A stretch of 64,000 nt of DNA, taken from the sequence record NC_019929.1; one strand, written 5' to 3'. How positions within the stretch are numbered: position 1 is the first letter of the stretch; each line of letters starts with the position of its first letter. Positions 37,293-45,974 of the stretch are shown in pieces. Made by a program: the position numbers and the translations under genes. A model generated the notes under the pieces. That model saw nothing but the letters and a program-made list of their open reading frames with translations. It had not been told where the DNA came from and did no database searches.

Positions 37293-38205
37293 GCCTAAGA
37301 AACGTAAGAACGGGGCGGTAATTCTGTCACCCCGTATCTGTGTGGCGGTGGGTAAGAAACTGATTGCACAGGACGGCAAGTGGGTCAGCGAAGGGTTTAG
37401 TAAATACGCTTCACTGTCCATGTGCGCAGACATGTTAAAGATGCATGGGAAGGCAGGTCGTAATCGTCGGGCACAGATGTCGAAGGTTATCCGTACGGTT
37501 GCAGGCTGGTACATGCGCTACATGAAGAAGAACTTCCCACAAGCAGCCACAACGTTTGAAGAAGGGACTTTTGTTCGCACAGAACCAACCGCGATCGGTG
37601 GTGAGCTCCCGATGCGAACTGGCACCGCGTTGCAGCCTAGACTGTATGCTTCGCTGACTAACCGCCCGGAGTCAAAACCAACCCCACCGGAAATTGAACG
37701 TATCCTTCGTTCTAAACGCCACGCAGTTAAGAGCGCACCAAATGAGAACGGTGCCCGTCTGGAAACCGTCTTCACGCATTACGAAGAAGGTGGTTACGGT
37801 GTGTTCAGTCGTTGGGTCGATGACCAAGGTCGTCCAACCAACAGCAAAGGTGAGCTGCTGAACCTGCCGGAAATCAAAGGTGTGAAACTTAAGAGCGGTG
37901 GGAACACTGAAGGTATTCCCGCCAAACTTATCGACACGCTGGATGATGAAACGATGGCCGACATTGTTAAAGAATACGGTAACGCCGCAGAACAATCGTT
38001 GCTGGATTCTATCAAACTCGGTGCACCTAACGAAGTGGATTCCAACAAGGTGAAGGATGTGTTGAAGGTCATCCTCACTCGCTATGTGCAGAAAGAGTTG
38101 AAGGTGTCTCTGCCACACAGCAAGGTTGACGTGAAGTTCCGTAGTCCGACTATGGAAGACATCGATAATCTGCGTGATGCCTTACAGGAACGTGATGGGA
38201 AATAA
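37285..38205 (+). CDS. Hypothetical basic protein
   Basis: 306 aa from ATG 37285 after CCTAAAGGAG. Confidence 0.75.
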   Translation: MLKPKKRKNGAVILSPRICVAVGKKLIAQDGKWVSEGFSKYASLSMCADMLKMHGKAGRNRRAQMSKVIRTVAGWYMRYMKKNFPQAATTFEEGTFVRTEPTAIGGELPMRTGTALQPRLYASLTNRPESKPTPPEIERILRSKRHAVKSAPNENGARLETVFTHYEEGGYGVFSRWVDDQGRPTNSKGELLNLPEIKGVKLKSGGNTEGIPAKLIDTLDDETMADIVKEYGNAAEQSLLDSIKLGAPNEVDSNKVKDVLKVILTRYVQKELKVSLPHSKVDVKFRSPTMEDIDNLRDALQERDGK

Positions 38206-38214
38206 ATAAGTGGC

Positions 38215-38250
38215 ACCCTACTCCTCCGGGAGTAGGGTATTTCTTTTTTT
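38215..38250 (+). terminator. Intrinsic terminator
   Basis: ACCCTACTCC-TCCG-GGAGTAGGGT plus T-tract; stem identical to 32807. Confidence 0.9.
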
Positions 38251-38276
38251 GTCTCAGCATTGATTAAAAATAATTT

Positions 38277-38352
38277 CAGATATATATTACTTAGGTGAGA
38301 GTTAATACAAATCTCTTACTAATCGACCATTTAACCTAAAGGAATTTGAATC
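38277..38352 (+). promoter_or_regulatory. Early-class promoter plus leader cassette
   Basis: Contains TATATTAC, the reported phiKZ early promoter core; near-identical to 22029. Confidence 0.7.
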
Positions 38353-38709
38353 ATGACTATCGTAACTACTGGTGTTCTGAATGCGCGTCTGGCAGAAACT
38401 GTTGCAGTGATTAAAGAAACTGATGCGCTTTACAATGACCACCGTGACGGTGAGAAATACCTGAGCTATGCCGACATTAAATACTTCGGCGTAGCTTACC
38501 ATCCGGAGTTCGGTCTGTGCTTAGTCGCAGCCCATTCTCCCGTACAGTCGCTGAACCGCATCACGGTTCGCGATGGTAAAGCTTACATCACCACTTGGGA
38601 TGTAGGCGGTACTCTGCGTGCTGATTGGCACAAGGACGACATGGAAGCAGCATTGAACGCGCTCATGTCAGCGAAGTACAGCAACCTGGTTGCAATCTTC
38701 AAAGCGTAA
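38353..38709 (+). CDS. Early hypothetical protein
   Basis: 118 aa, strong codon bias. Confidence 0.8.
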   Translation: MTIVTTGVLNARLAETVAVIKETDALYNDHRDGEKYLSYADIKYFGVAYHPEFGLCLVAAHSPVQSLNRITVRDGKAYITTWDVGGTLRADWHKDDMEAALNALMSAKYSNLVAIFKA

Positions 38710-38772
38710 GACAACCCTTGGCCACCACACGGTGGCCTTTCTAATTCGACTATTACCATTAGGAGCATTACC

Positions 38773-39201
38773 ATGTTTACACTGAACTCTGAATTACGTG
38801 ACTTCGTTCGCAACAACCCTAACGTTGCCTCTCTCGTTATCGTCATCGCCGTTAATGGGCAGGACCCGAACGAATACGCTATTGAACAATACGAAGCGTT
38901 GCTCAAAGAAGCAAAACGTGCAGCGCTGTATGCACCACTGCCGAAGCGCGAACATTTCCCAGAAGGCGAACTGGGCGATACCATCTATCACGATATTCGT
39001 GCGCAATACTTCGTCAACCAACGCGTGTTCGATATTGAACAAGCACCACTCGAAGGTCGTACCTTCGGTGACATGATTCGCAACTGGCGCGAAGAACTGA
39101 TGAAAGATAACACTATCGCTGAACTCAGCAAATCTTTCAGCCAGACTTCACTGGACTTCGAGCAGCGTAACATCGCACTCGCTACCCATCGCGTTATCTA
39201 A
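38773..39201 (+). CDS. Early hypothetical protein
   Basis: 142 aa; leader ATTCGACTATTA...AGGAGCATTACCATG shared with 22071. Confidence 0.8.
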   Translation: MFTLNSELRDFVRNNPNVASLVIVIAVNGQDPNEYAIEQYEALLKEAKRAALYAPLPKREHFPEGELGDTIYHDIRAQYFVNQRVFDIEQAPLEGRTFGDMIRNWREELMKDNTIAELSKSFSQTSLDFEQRNIALATHRVI

Positions 39202-39210
39202 GTAACACTC

Positions 39211-39230
39211 GGGAGAGCCTAGGCTCTCCC
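39211..39230. repeat. Perfect 20-bp palindrome (hairpin)
   Basis: GGGAGAGCCTAGGCTCTCCC. Confidence 0.7.
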
Positions 39231-39275
39231 TTCTCTTATACTCATCTCAAATCTAAGACAAAAAGGAAATTCACC

Positions 39276-39509
39276 ATGCGCAACTTATTCACTGCTACTA
39301 CTACTTCTGTAATCGCTACCGCTTCTGCTGGCAGCAAAACTACTTCTCGCAAACCTGACCTGCTAGACGTCCTGCTGAAACTGTCTCACACCGAGCGTGA
39401 AGCAGTCATGAAAGAACTGAAAGAAGGCAACAAAATGGTAGACAAATTAGATGTGGTCTACGGTTCTAAAGACAAGAAGGATTCTGGCGGTCTGCTGTTC
39501 ATGGCCTAA
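39276..39509 (+). CDS. Small early hypothetical protein, Thr/Ser-rich N-terminus
   Basis: 77 aa, AAAGGA SD. Confidence 0.75.
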   Translation: MRNLFTATTTSVIATASAGSKTTSRKPDLLDVLLKLSHTEREAVMKELKEGNKMVDKLDVVYGSKDKKDSGGLLFMA

Positions 39510-39515
39510 GGCTAA

Positions 39516-39608
39516 CGCGATGCGAAACTATTACTTGCGATGTTGATGTCCTGGGGAAACCTGGGGCATCACATCGTGACGTAATCATCGCGCTTTTCTT
39601 TTTTTTTT
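39516..39608 (+). ncRNA. Long imperfect RNA hairpin with GAAA tetraloop and U-tract (candidate structured RNA or processing/termination element)
   Basis: About 32 bp in nested helices spanning 39516-39592, then 14 T in 15 nt. Confidence 0.45.
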
Positions 39609-39706
39609 CGTTTGCCCCTTGAGCACGATACCGTTTCATTTTGAATCTGTTCTCCTGACGGAAATTGCTATGCAATAAACCGAACCTTACTACACAGGAG
39701 AGCACC

Positions 39707-41524
39707 ATGACCACCCAAGCAATGGCCGTCATCTCATTCGATCGTTGTGCTTCCATCGGTGCATTACGTGCAACCGAACCTGCTCAGCCAGGTCAACGTA
39801 TTGATTTGAAAGAATATAGTCAGGGCACTGGCTACGGCGGAGGTTACTTCATTCACCAAGAGAATGATACGACTTCACCGGACGATGGGGGTTATTGCAT
39901 CGTGACGCCGAAAGGTGCGCGCTGGAAACGTGCGTTAAACTCTTTACATGAACTCAACGTCTGTCACTTCGGTGCAGTCGGGGGTGGTAAAGTAGATACC
40001 GCTGATGCGTTCGCGAAAATGATGGCTTGGTCTCAGGCAAACATCCCTGCTATCGGCGTACAATATCCTGCCGGTATGTTCAAGCTTTCCAAGTTTACCA
40101 ACACCAAAGAGATTGCGCGTTTCCGTGTAGCGGGTGCGCCAGTCAACAGTGACTTCGGTTATTTCAATACCACAACCCTTATCGGTGACAACACCGAAGA
40201 GGGCTTTATCCTGGATATCGTGGCACGCCGTACGTCTATCGCGCACATCAACTTCGAAGGTGCTGCTGATCCGTTCGCGGCTAATGACAAGAAAGTGGCA
40301 GGGCTGAAAGGCTTCCTGCGTAACACTTGTCCGGGCGGTCAATACGTTCGTGTTAGCAACTGGGCAAGTTCGTTTGTTGGGGGCGTGACCTTCAGTATCC
40401 TTGATGCGCTGGACACCAAGTTTGACCAGTTCTACGTTTCCAAGCACACCAACAGTTTCATCTATGGTCGTTGGTCTGGCCAGACGTGGGGCGTGTGGGA
40501 TCACGAAACTGCTATCGAGCTGTCAAACTTCAACGTGCAGAACTGTACCGGGCCGCACGTCTTTGACCTGCCGCGTGCTACACAGTCTGAAATCAACAAT
40601 GGTTGGATTGAACACACGACTAACCCTGGTAACTTGTCTGACGGCCATTGGCTTATCAGCAACTTCTCCATGGAAGGGTGTGGCCCGATGCTGATTGAGA
40701 ATGCGCGTTTAACACGCCATCACATCAACCTGCAAGCGGGGTCGAGCTGGGACAAGACTACCGGTAACTCTAGCTGGACAGGTCTGTCAGGCTACGAGAA
40801 AGGTGACCTGCAACTGGAGTGGCACGGCATTGACGTTGCCGGTTCCATGACAGCAAGCTACTACTCGCCGGAGTTTCGTCTCGACAACAACAAAGGGTCA
40901 TCACAGTGGTTCTACCTCGGGAACATCCGCACCACCGGTGTGGGTGAGAACGTGAAGATTACCCTGCAAGGTACGCGTGGTTATAACTCGGTTAAAGGCG
41001 ATGCTACGCAACACGGTGGGGCTGCACAGGCTCACGGTGCCGCAGTTATCAGCATCAAAACCGTGTCATCTAACTACGTTGACCTGGAGTGGGATGGCGA
41101 GGGTGCCTGTCCGGTGAAGAACGTCAAGTTCACGAAACCGTTCAAGAACTCCTGCCATGTCTTCGTGGAGCTGTTCGACTGGACGCGTTACGTGTCACCG
41201 TTCGTACAAGTCACCTCGAAGTCTCGCTTTGAAGCAGGGATTCCGTTTGATGTCGTCTACGATGGCCGGGCACTGACCCTGGCTGAAATCCAGGCCATTG
41301 TCGATACCCAGTCAGCTGCGGCGGGTTCAACGATTGAACTGCTGGATGGCGTGACTGGGATGTGTTTCGGTGCCAAGAACGGTATCGGTTGGAACGGGCA
41401 AGGCGACCTGCTGCTGCGCTTTGCGCTGAAAGACGGCTACCTGCCAGTGAAGATTACTGACCCGGTAACGGAGCGCGTGACGCAAGGCTACATCAAGGTC
41501 GAAACATCTATTCCGGCGAAGTAA
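39707..41524 (+). CDS. AmsF/WceF-like protein with tailspike (beta-helix) fold; putative EPS-binding or EPS-modifying protein
   Basis: 605 aa; DDGGYCIVTPKGARWKR and LNVCHFGAVGGG tailspike-type N-module; WDHETAIELSNFNVQ...LPRATQSEINNGWIEH recalled from the AmsF family. Confidence 0.6.
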   Translation: MTTQAMAVISFDRCASIGALRATEPAQPGQRIDLKEYSQGTGYGGGYFIHQENDTTSPDDGGYCIVTPKGARWKRALNSLHELNVCHFGAVGGGKVDTADAFAKMMAWSQANIPAIGVQYPAGMFKLSKFTNTKEIARFRVAGAPVNSDFGYFNTTTLIGDNTEEGFILDIVARRTSIAHINFEGAADPFAANDKKVAGLKGFLRNTCPGGQYVRVSNWASSFVGGVTFSILDALDTKFDQFYVSKHTNSFIYGRWSGQTWGVWDHETAIELSNFNVQNCTGPHVFDLPRATQSEINNGWIEHTTNPGNLSDGHWLISNFSMEGCGPMLIENARLTRHHINLQAGSSWDKTTGNSSWTGLSGYEKGDLQLEWHGIDVAGSMTASYYSPEFRLDNNKGSSQWFYLGNIRTTGVGENVKITLQGTRGYNSVKGDATQHGGAAQAHGAAVISIKTVSSNYVDLEWDGEGACPVKNVKFTKPFKNSCHVFVELFDWTRYVSPFVQVTSKSRFEAGIPFDVVYDGRALTLAEIQAIVDTQSAAAGSTIELLDGVTGMCFGAKNGIGWNGQGDLLLRFALKDGYLPVKITDPVTERVTQGYIKVETSIPAK

Positions 41525-41529
41525 TACCC

Positions 41530-41567
41530 AGGGAGGCTTCGGCCTCCCTTTCCCCTTTCTTTTTTTG
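41530..41567 (+). terminator. Intrinsic terminator
   Basis: AGGGAGGC-TTCG-GCCTCCCT plus T-rich tail. Confidence 0.85.
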
Positions 41568-41635
41568 CCCCTTTTAATATGCTGGCAGGGGGTCATAGAC
41601 GTGACCTCAACAATCCCTTTAAACGAGTTAACGCG

Positions 41636-42433
41636 ATGTCTCTTACTTCTAAACAGAATCTGCTAAAACTCATCAACGAAGAAAACAAAATCAGCCCTCC
41701 GCTGAGTTTGGATGACGTTGATATCGGACTGCCGGAGGTGGTGTCAGTAGATGGGCGTGATTCGCAGGTAGTATTGACTTCCAAAATGCGCGGGGACGAA
41801 GGTTCCCAGGTGACTGTGGATTACCACCGTCGCCCATTAGAAGATTACCTGAAAGACGACAATGTCTTTGGTGACGAGGATGTGCACACCACGCACGACC
41901 TTATCACGGCGATTAACGAACGGTTCGGGTTGAAGTTGGTGGCTGAGGATATCGAAGATAATCCGGTTGCTGGCATCTCCCACGATGTCGTGGCGGTAAC
42001 GGATTCCCATGAGTGGCGAAGCGTTGCAACCATCGAAATCAAACCTGCCACACCCCTGGCGGATGTGATTCCAAACACGGAGCTGGACGGTCTTCTGTAT
42101 CCCGATCATCAAGACACGCAATTCGGTCAAGCGTATATCTATTCGCGTGATGTCGACTGTAGCCACATCTCACCGTTCCTGAGCAAGTTAGCAGTAGGTA
42201 TCGATGTAGATGACACAGCGTTAGCAGTTGAATTAAACAAATGTGTGCCTGAACTTTGGGTTGCTCAAGATACAGCCGCCCCGTATAACCTCCGTAATGC
42301 GAAGGTCATCTTCGATGGCATTCCTGCGGACTTACCGGGTGCTAACACGAAATACGCGTACGTGGTCTCAGTGGAACTCACTGACCTGTGCTCGAACTTC
42401 CGTGGTGCGCTGAACTTACACTTTAACAACTAA
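41636..42433 (+). CDS. Virion structural paralogue, family I (anchor domain + domain X), copy 1
   Basis: LLKLINEEN, YHRRPL, PNTELDGLLYP, C-terminal GALNLHFNN. Confidence 0.75.
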   Translation: MSLTSKQNLLKLINEENKISPPLSLDDVDIGLPEVVSVDGRDSQVVLTSKMRGDEGSQVTVDYHRRPLEDYLKDDNVFGDEDVHTTHDLITAINERFGLKLVAEDIEDNPVAGISHDVVAVTDSHEWRSVATIEIKPATPLADVIPNTELDGLLYPDHQDTQFGQAYIYSRDVDCSHISPFLSKLAVGIDVDDTALAVELNKCVPELWVAQDTAAPYNLRNAKVIFDGIPADLPGANTKYAYVVSVELTDLCSNFRGALNLHFNN

Positions 42434-42443
42434 GGGGGTCTGA

Positions 42444-43277
42444 GTGTCTATTTACGATAAACCCTCGCGGGAGATGTTGTTAGAGGCCATTAACAAACAG
42501 AACAATACCGCGCTCACCTGGAACCAGATTGCCTCCGGTTATCCGGAAGTGATTCAATCCGAAGGTGCGGAACGTAATACGCGCGTGCTGCTCTACGGCT
42601 TAAACGGCCAAGGGTACAAAGGTTCGGTCTCTATTGAGTACGACCGTATCGACATGCCGACGTTGTTCCGTAATCTGGTGCCGGTGATTATCACCAACCC
42701 GAAAGACAGGCTCTCGGACTTACTCCCGTTCTTAAACGAGAAGTACGGACTGTCGTTGATTGCTGATGACATTGTTGACCAGTCCGTTAAAGACCTGGGT
42801 GACAGTTGGCTACTGGATGTGGCAATCAAACCGGGCTGCTTGGCCTGGCAGGGTGGGTTTACGCTGCGCTTTGCGAAGTTTATCCCGAACCTGAAAGATG
42901 TGGTGACCGATGTTGACTTGAGCGTGATTATTGCGCCGTATACCGTGGACGTCAAACCCCACGCTGAATACGTGGCGTACGGTTACGATTGGTCAGAGTT
43001 GTCCAAATCATTCGTCACTGACTGGGCGTTTAACCGCGTCTTAACAGCAGCGGATGTTGATGCGTTGAATGAAGTGGTGCCATTGAAGTTTGCTTTTGTA
43101 AACGGAGCGACTGCGCAACCAGGGCAGATTGCTTTGTCCGGTGCACGGTTTAAGGGTGTGACTGCGGTGACCCCGAACTCCAAGTACGACGAAGACTTCG
43201 AACGGGTAGCCACCATTGACCTCGCCGCCGACAGCAACTACTCGGGCAGCCTTATCCTTCACTTCCAACCGGTATAA
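42444..43277 (+). CDS. Virion structural paralogue, family I, copy 2
   Basis: LLEAINKQN, RNTRV..YG..G.GY.G, YDRIDM, C-terminal GSLILHFQP. Confidence 0.75.
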   Translation: MSIYDKPSREMLLEAINKQNNTALTWNQIASGYPEVIQSEGAERNTRVLLYGLNGQGYKGSVSIEYDRIDMPTLFRNLVPVIITNPKDRLSDLLPFLNEKYGLSLIADDIVDQSVKDLGDSWLLDVAIKPGCLAWQGGFTLRFAKFIPNLKDVVTDVDLSVIIAPYTVDVKPHAEYVAYGYDWSELSKSFVTDWAFNRVLTAADVDALNEVVPLKFAFVNGATAQPGQIALSGARFKGVTAVTPNSKYDEDFERVATIDLAADSNYSGSLILHFQPV

Positions 43278-43286
43278 GGATAGACG

Positions 43287-44141
43287 ATGCCTATTTTAGC
43301 CACAGCTGAAAAGCTTATTCTGGCCGAGATAAACGTAGAGAACGGACTTGACCTGAAAGATAATGAAGTGTCTTTCGGCCCTCCGGCCGTTCCTACTGAA
43401 CCTGACGACGTAGCCAAAGCCAACGGGCACAACTCGATGGTGTCGGTACAAGCATTACCTATCGCGAACGCGACAGGTCGTGCCACTGTGTATTACGATC
43501 GTTTAGAGTTCAGTGACATGTTTACTGGCCTCGACGGTAATCAGCCGCTGCGTGTTCCGGCGCGTTTAGATTCGGTGTTTACCGCGCACGATATTGTCCC
43601 GCTGGTCAATCAATATTTCGGGTTGAGCCTGCGTACGTCGGATGTCGAGAACACAGAGATTAACCGCTCCTCGTGGGTGGTGGACTTTGTGGCCACAGCC
43701 GATTCACTGGGATGGTTAGGCACCATTGAAGTGCAGGTGCTGCCGGGAGATGCGTTACTGCCCAGTAACTTCGACCCGACAACGGTTGACCCGTATATCA
43801 TTCCGTACTTTAACACCAAAGTTGGCCAGGCCGCAGTCTATGGCTACCCGTGGCGGTTCGATGACTACGCCGCAGAACTGATGGCGATGGGCACCACCAC
43901 AACGGATGCCAAAAATATCCGACTGGCACAGATTCTCCAGAAGGTCACAGGTGACCTGTGGCAGGTTTACCGTAACCCGGTGAACTTTAACCTGAAAGAG
44001 AATACCTTTGTCTACAACGGTAAGAACAGCGCTTCCTTCCCGACGAACCCGTCTTACGACAACGTACTGGTGATTGAGCTGTCCTTGTACTGCCTGAACT
44101 TTGGTGGGCGTATGTACATCCATTACAACGACCCTGATTAA
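43287..44141 (+). CDS. Virion structural paralogue, family I, copy 3
   Basis: ILAEINVEN, YYDRLEF, C-terminal GGRMYIHYND. Confidence 0.75.
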   Translation: MPILATAEKLILAEINVENGLDLKDNEVSFGPPAVPTEPDDVAKANGHNSMVSVQALPIANATGRATVYYDRLEFSDMFTGLDGNQPLRVPARLDSVFTAHDIVPLVNQYFGLSLRTSDVENTEINRSSWVVDFVATADSLGWLGTIEVQVLPGDALLPSNFDPTTVDPYIIPYFNTKVGQAAVYGYPWRFDDYAAELMAMGTTTTDAKNIRLAQILQKVTGDLWQVYRNPVNFNLKENTFVYNGKNSASFPTNPSYDNVLVIELSLYCLNFGGRMYIHYNDPD

Positions 44142-44161
44142 TCCTGCTAAAGGAAGTTAGA

Positions 44162-45058
44162 ATGAAACCTTTAAACAAAACGTCCGACCTCCTGGTTCTC
44201 GATTTCATCAATGAGAAGAACTCAGGTGCGAATCTCGAACTGACCAAAGTTATTCTGGGTACGCCTGTTGAAAACACCGGTGCGGACAAAGATGACCGTA
44301 ACACCCAGATGGATGTCAAGGCGCGTAAGAACTCCGGTTACATCGGCGATCAGGGCGTGACCTATAACCGTCTGGAAGGTGAGAAGCTGTTCCTGAACGT
44401 CACGGCTTACCTGGACGTGAAAGAACCGAAAACCACCACTGACCTGCTGAGCAAACTGAACGAGCAGTACGGTCTGAAAATCACCGAAGACGACATCGAC
44501 CCAACGGCTATCCCGGACGGCACTAACCCGCCAGTAACCAACCCGGAAGATCCAGACCCGGCCCCGGTTGATCACCTGGTGACCTTCAAAACCGATTGCT
44601 ACGCCTACCTCGGCGCTATCCCGGTGAAAATCGGTGCTAAGCCACAGGTCGGTGAGCGTCTGAGCCTGGTCATCACCCAAACTCAGCTGGATGGCCTGGT
44701 ATACCCAGACACCCCGATTGAGAACAAAGGTCAAGGCTACATCTACTCCTACGGTGTGGACTGTTCTGCCATTGCTGCGTTCCTGGATGTGCAGGCAACC
44801 GGCGTGATGGCGAACGACACGGCGTTTGCCGTCGAGCTGAACAAAGTGGTTCCAGAGCTGTGGGTTGCGGAAGATGCCTCTAAGGATTACAACCTGAAAG
44901 GCGCAAACGTAACCTACGTTGGCCTGACTGCGGACGACGGTACGGGCAAACCTGTTGAAGGCGCGAACACCGCTTACAACAAAGTGATGCTGCTGGAGCT
45001 GGACGACACCAAGTGCTCTAACTTCACCGGTACCATGTTCCTGCACTTCAACGCCTAA
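44162..45058 (+). CDS. Virion structural paralogue, family I, copy 4 (probably abundant)
   Basis: VLDFINEKN, RNTQM, YNRLEG, TQTQLDGLVYP, GTMFLHFNA; extreme codon bias. Confidence 0.8.
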   Translation: MKPLNKTSDLLVLDFINEKNSGANLELTKVILGTPVENTGADKDDRNTQMDVKARKNSGYIGDQGVTYNRLEGEKLFLNVTAYLDVKEPKTTTDLLSKLNEQYGLKITEDDIDPTAIPDGTNPPVTNPEDPDPAPVDHLVTFKTDCYAYLGAIPVKIGAKPQVGERLSLVITQTQLDGLVYPDTPIENKGQGYIYSYGVDCSAIAAFLDVQATGVMANDTAFAVELNKVVPELWVAEDASKDYNLKGANVTYVGLTADDGTGKPVEGANTAYNKVMLLELDDTKCSNFTGTMFLHFNA

Positions 45059-45065
45059 TGGCACG

Positions 45066-45108
45066 CTAGGGGGAGGCTATCCTCCTCCTAGCACTGCTTT
45101 CTTTTTTC
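45066..45108 (+). terminator. Intrinsic terminator
   Basis: CTAGGGGGAGG-CTAT-CCTCCTCCTAG then T-rich run. Confidence 0.7.
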
Positions 45109-45126
45109 TGTGCCGAGGAGGCTGCT

Positions 45127-45963
45127 ATGGCGATTTATAGTCAGTCTCAGCGACAGTATCTCTTTGATGCAATCAACGCGGAGAACCCTGGCGCGATTAT
45201 GCCCATGGGGTTGAACAACGCGATTATCGGGAAACCGAAAGTGATTCCAACAACAGAGACTGGAGCCAATACCGAGATTGTCATTCGTGGCCGTCAAGGG
45301 CGGGGCTACGCAGGCGGACAAACTTTCCGCTACAAGCGTTTGTCGCTGAACGACTTATTTAAGAACCTGGTTGCGACGGTGACTTCACCGCAGGCGTATG
45401 GCTGGCTGAACAACGATGCGAAGAAACTCGCGTTTGTCCAAAACGTCAACGCGCGCTATGGTCTTAATCTGGAAGCCATTGATATTCCAGATGTGTACGT
45501 ATACCTCAACAACAAGAACACGGTCAACGTGTTAGCAACCTGTGTCCAGTACACCGGTGGGATTACCTTTAACTCGGTTAGAGGGAAGAACTCGCTGGAA
45601 GAAGCAATTCTGGATGATGTGTTGAAGGTACTGAATCACCCTATTGACGTCGACGACCAAAAGCTCTGCGGAACGATGCTGGGTTATAGCGTGGACTTTA
45701 CAGACGAGCCGCAAATTATGCAGGCGTTTGTGAATGGGCGTATGGACGTGGGGGCGAACTTTACTTCGGGGGCCAGTGATAACCTGGTGACACTGATGGT
45801 CAGTCGTGGGTTACCGTCGTTTGATTTTACCGGTGCCACGATTAAGCGTGTGAAGACCACCGCGGAACCACGGGCCAACACAATGTACGATAACGTGCTG
45901 GTTATCACGAACGTTAACGATCCTCACGTCGGTGGCGATTGGCTGCTGCACTACAACGATTAG
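45127..45963 (+). CDS. Virion structural paralogue, family I, copy 5
   Basis: LFDAINAEN, YKRLSL, GGDWLLHYND. Confidence 0.75.
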   Translation: MAIYSQSQRQYLFDAINAENPGAIMPMGLNNAIIGKPKVIPTTETGANTEIVIRGRQGRGYAGGQTFRYKRLSLNDLFKNLVATVTSPQAYGWLNNDAKKLAFVQNVNARYGLNLEAIDIPDVYVYLNNKNTVNVLATCVQYTGGITFNSVRGKNSLEEAILDDVLKVLNHPIDVDDQKLCGTMLGYSVDFTDEPQIMQAFVNGRMDVGANFTSGASDNLVTLMVSRGLPSFDFTGATIKRVKTTAEPRANTMYDNVLVITNVNDPHVGGDWLLHYND

Positions 45964-45974
45964 GAATAAAACGA

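Noticed and set aside
39516-39608. tRNA or SRP RNA identity for the long hairpin
   Set aside because: No cloverleaf, T-loop or CCA; lacks the SRP GGAA loop and internal-loop consensus
44222-45064. 280-aa minus-strand ORF
   Set aside because: Exact antisense shadow of the strongly codon-biased 44162 gene, which suppresses reverse-strand stops
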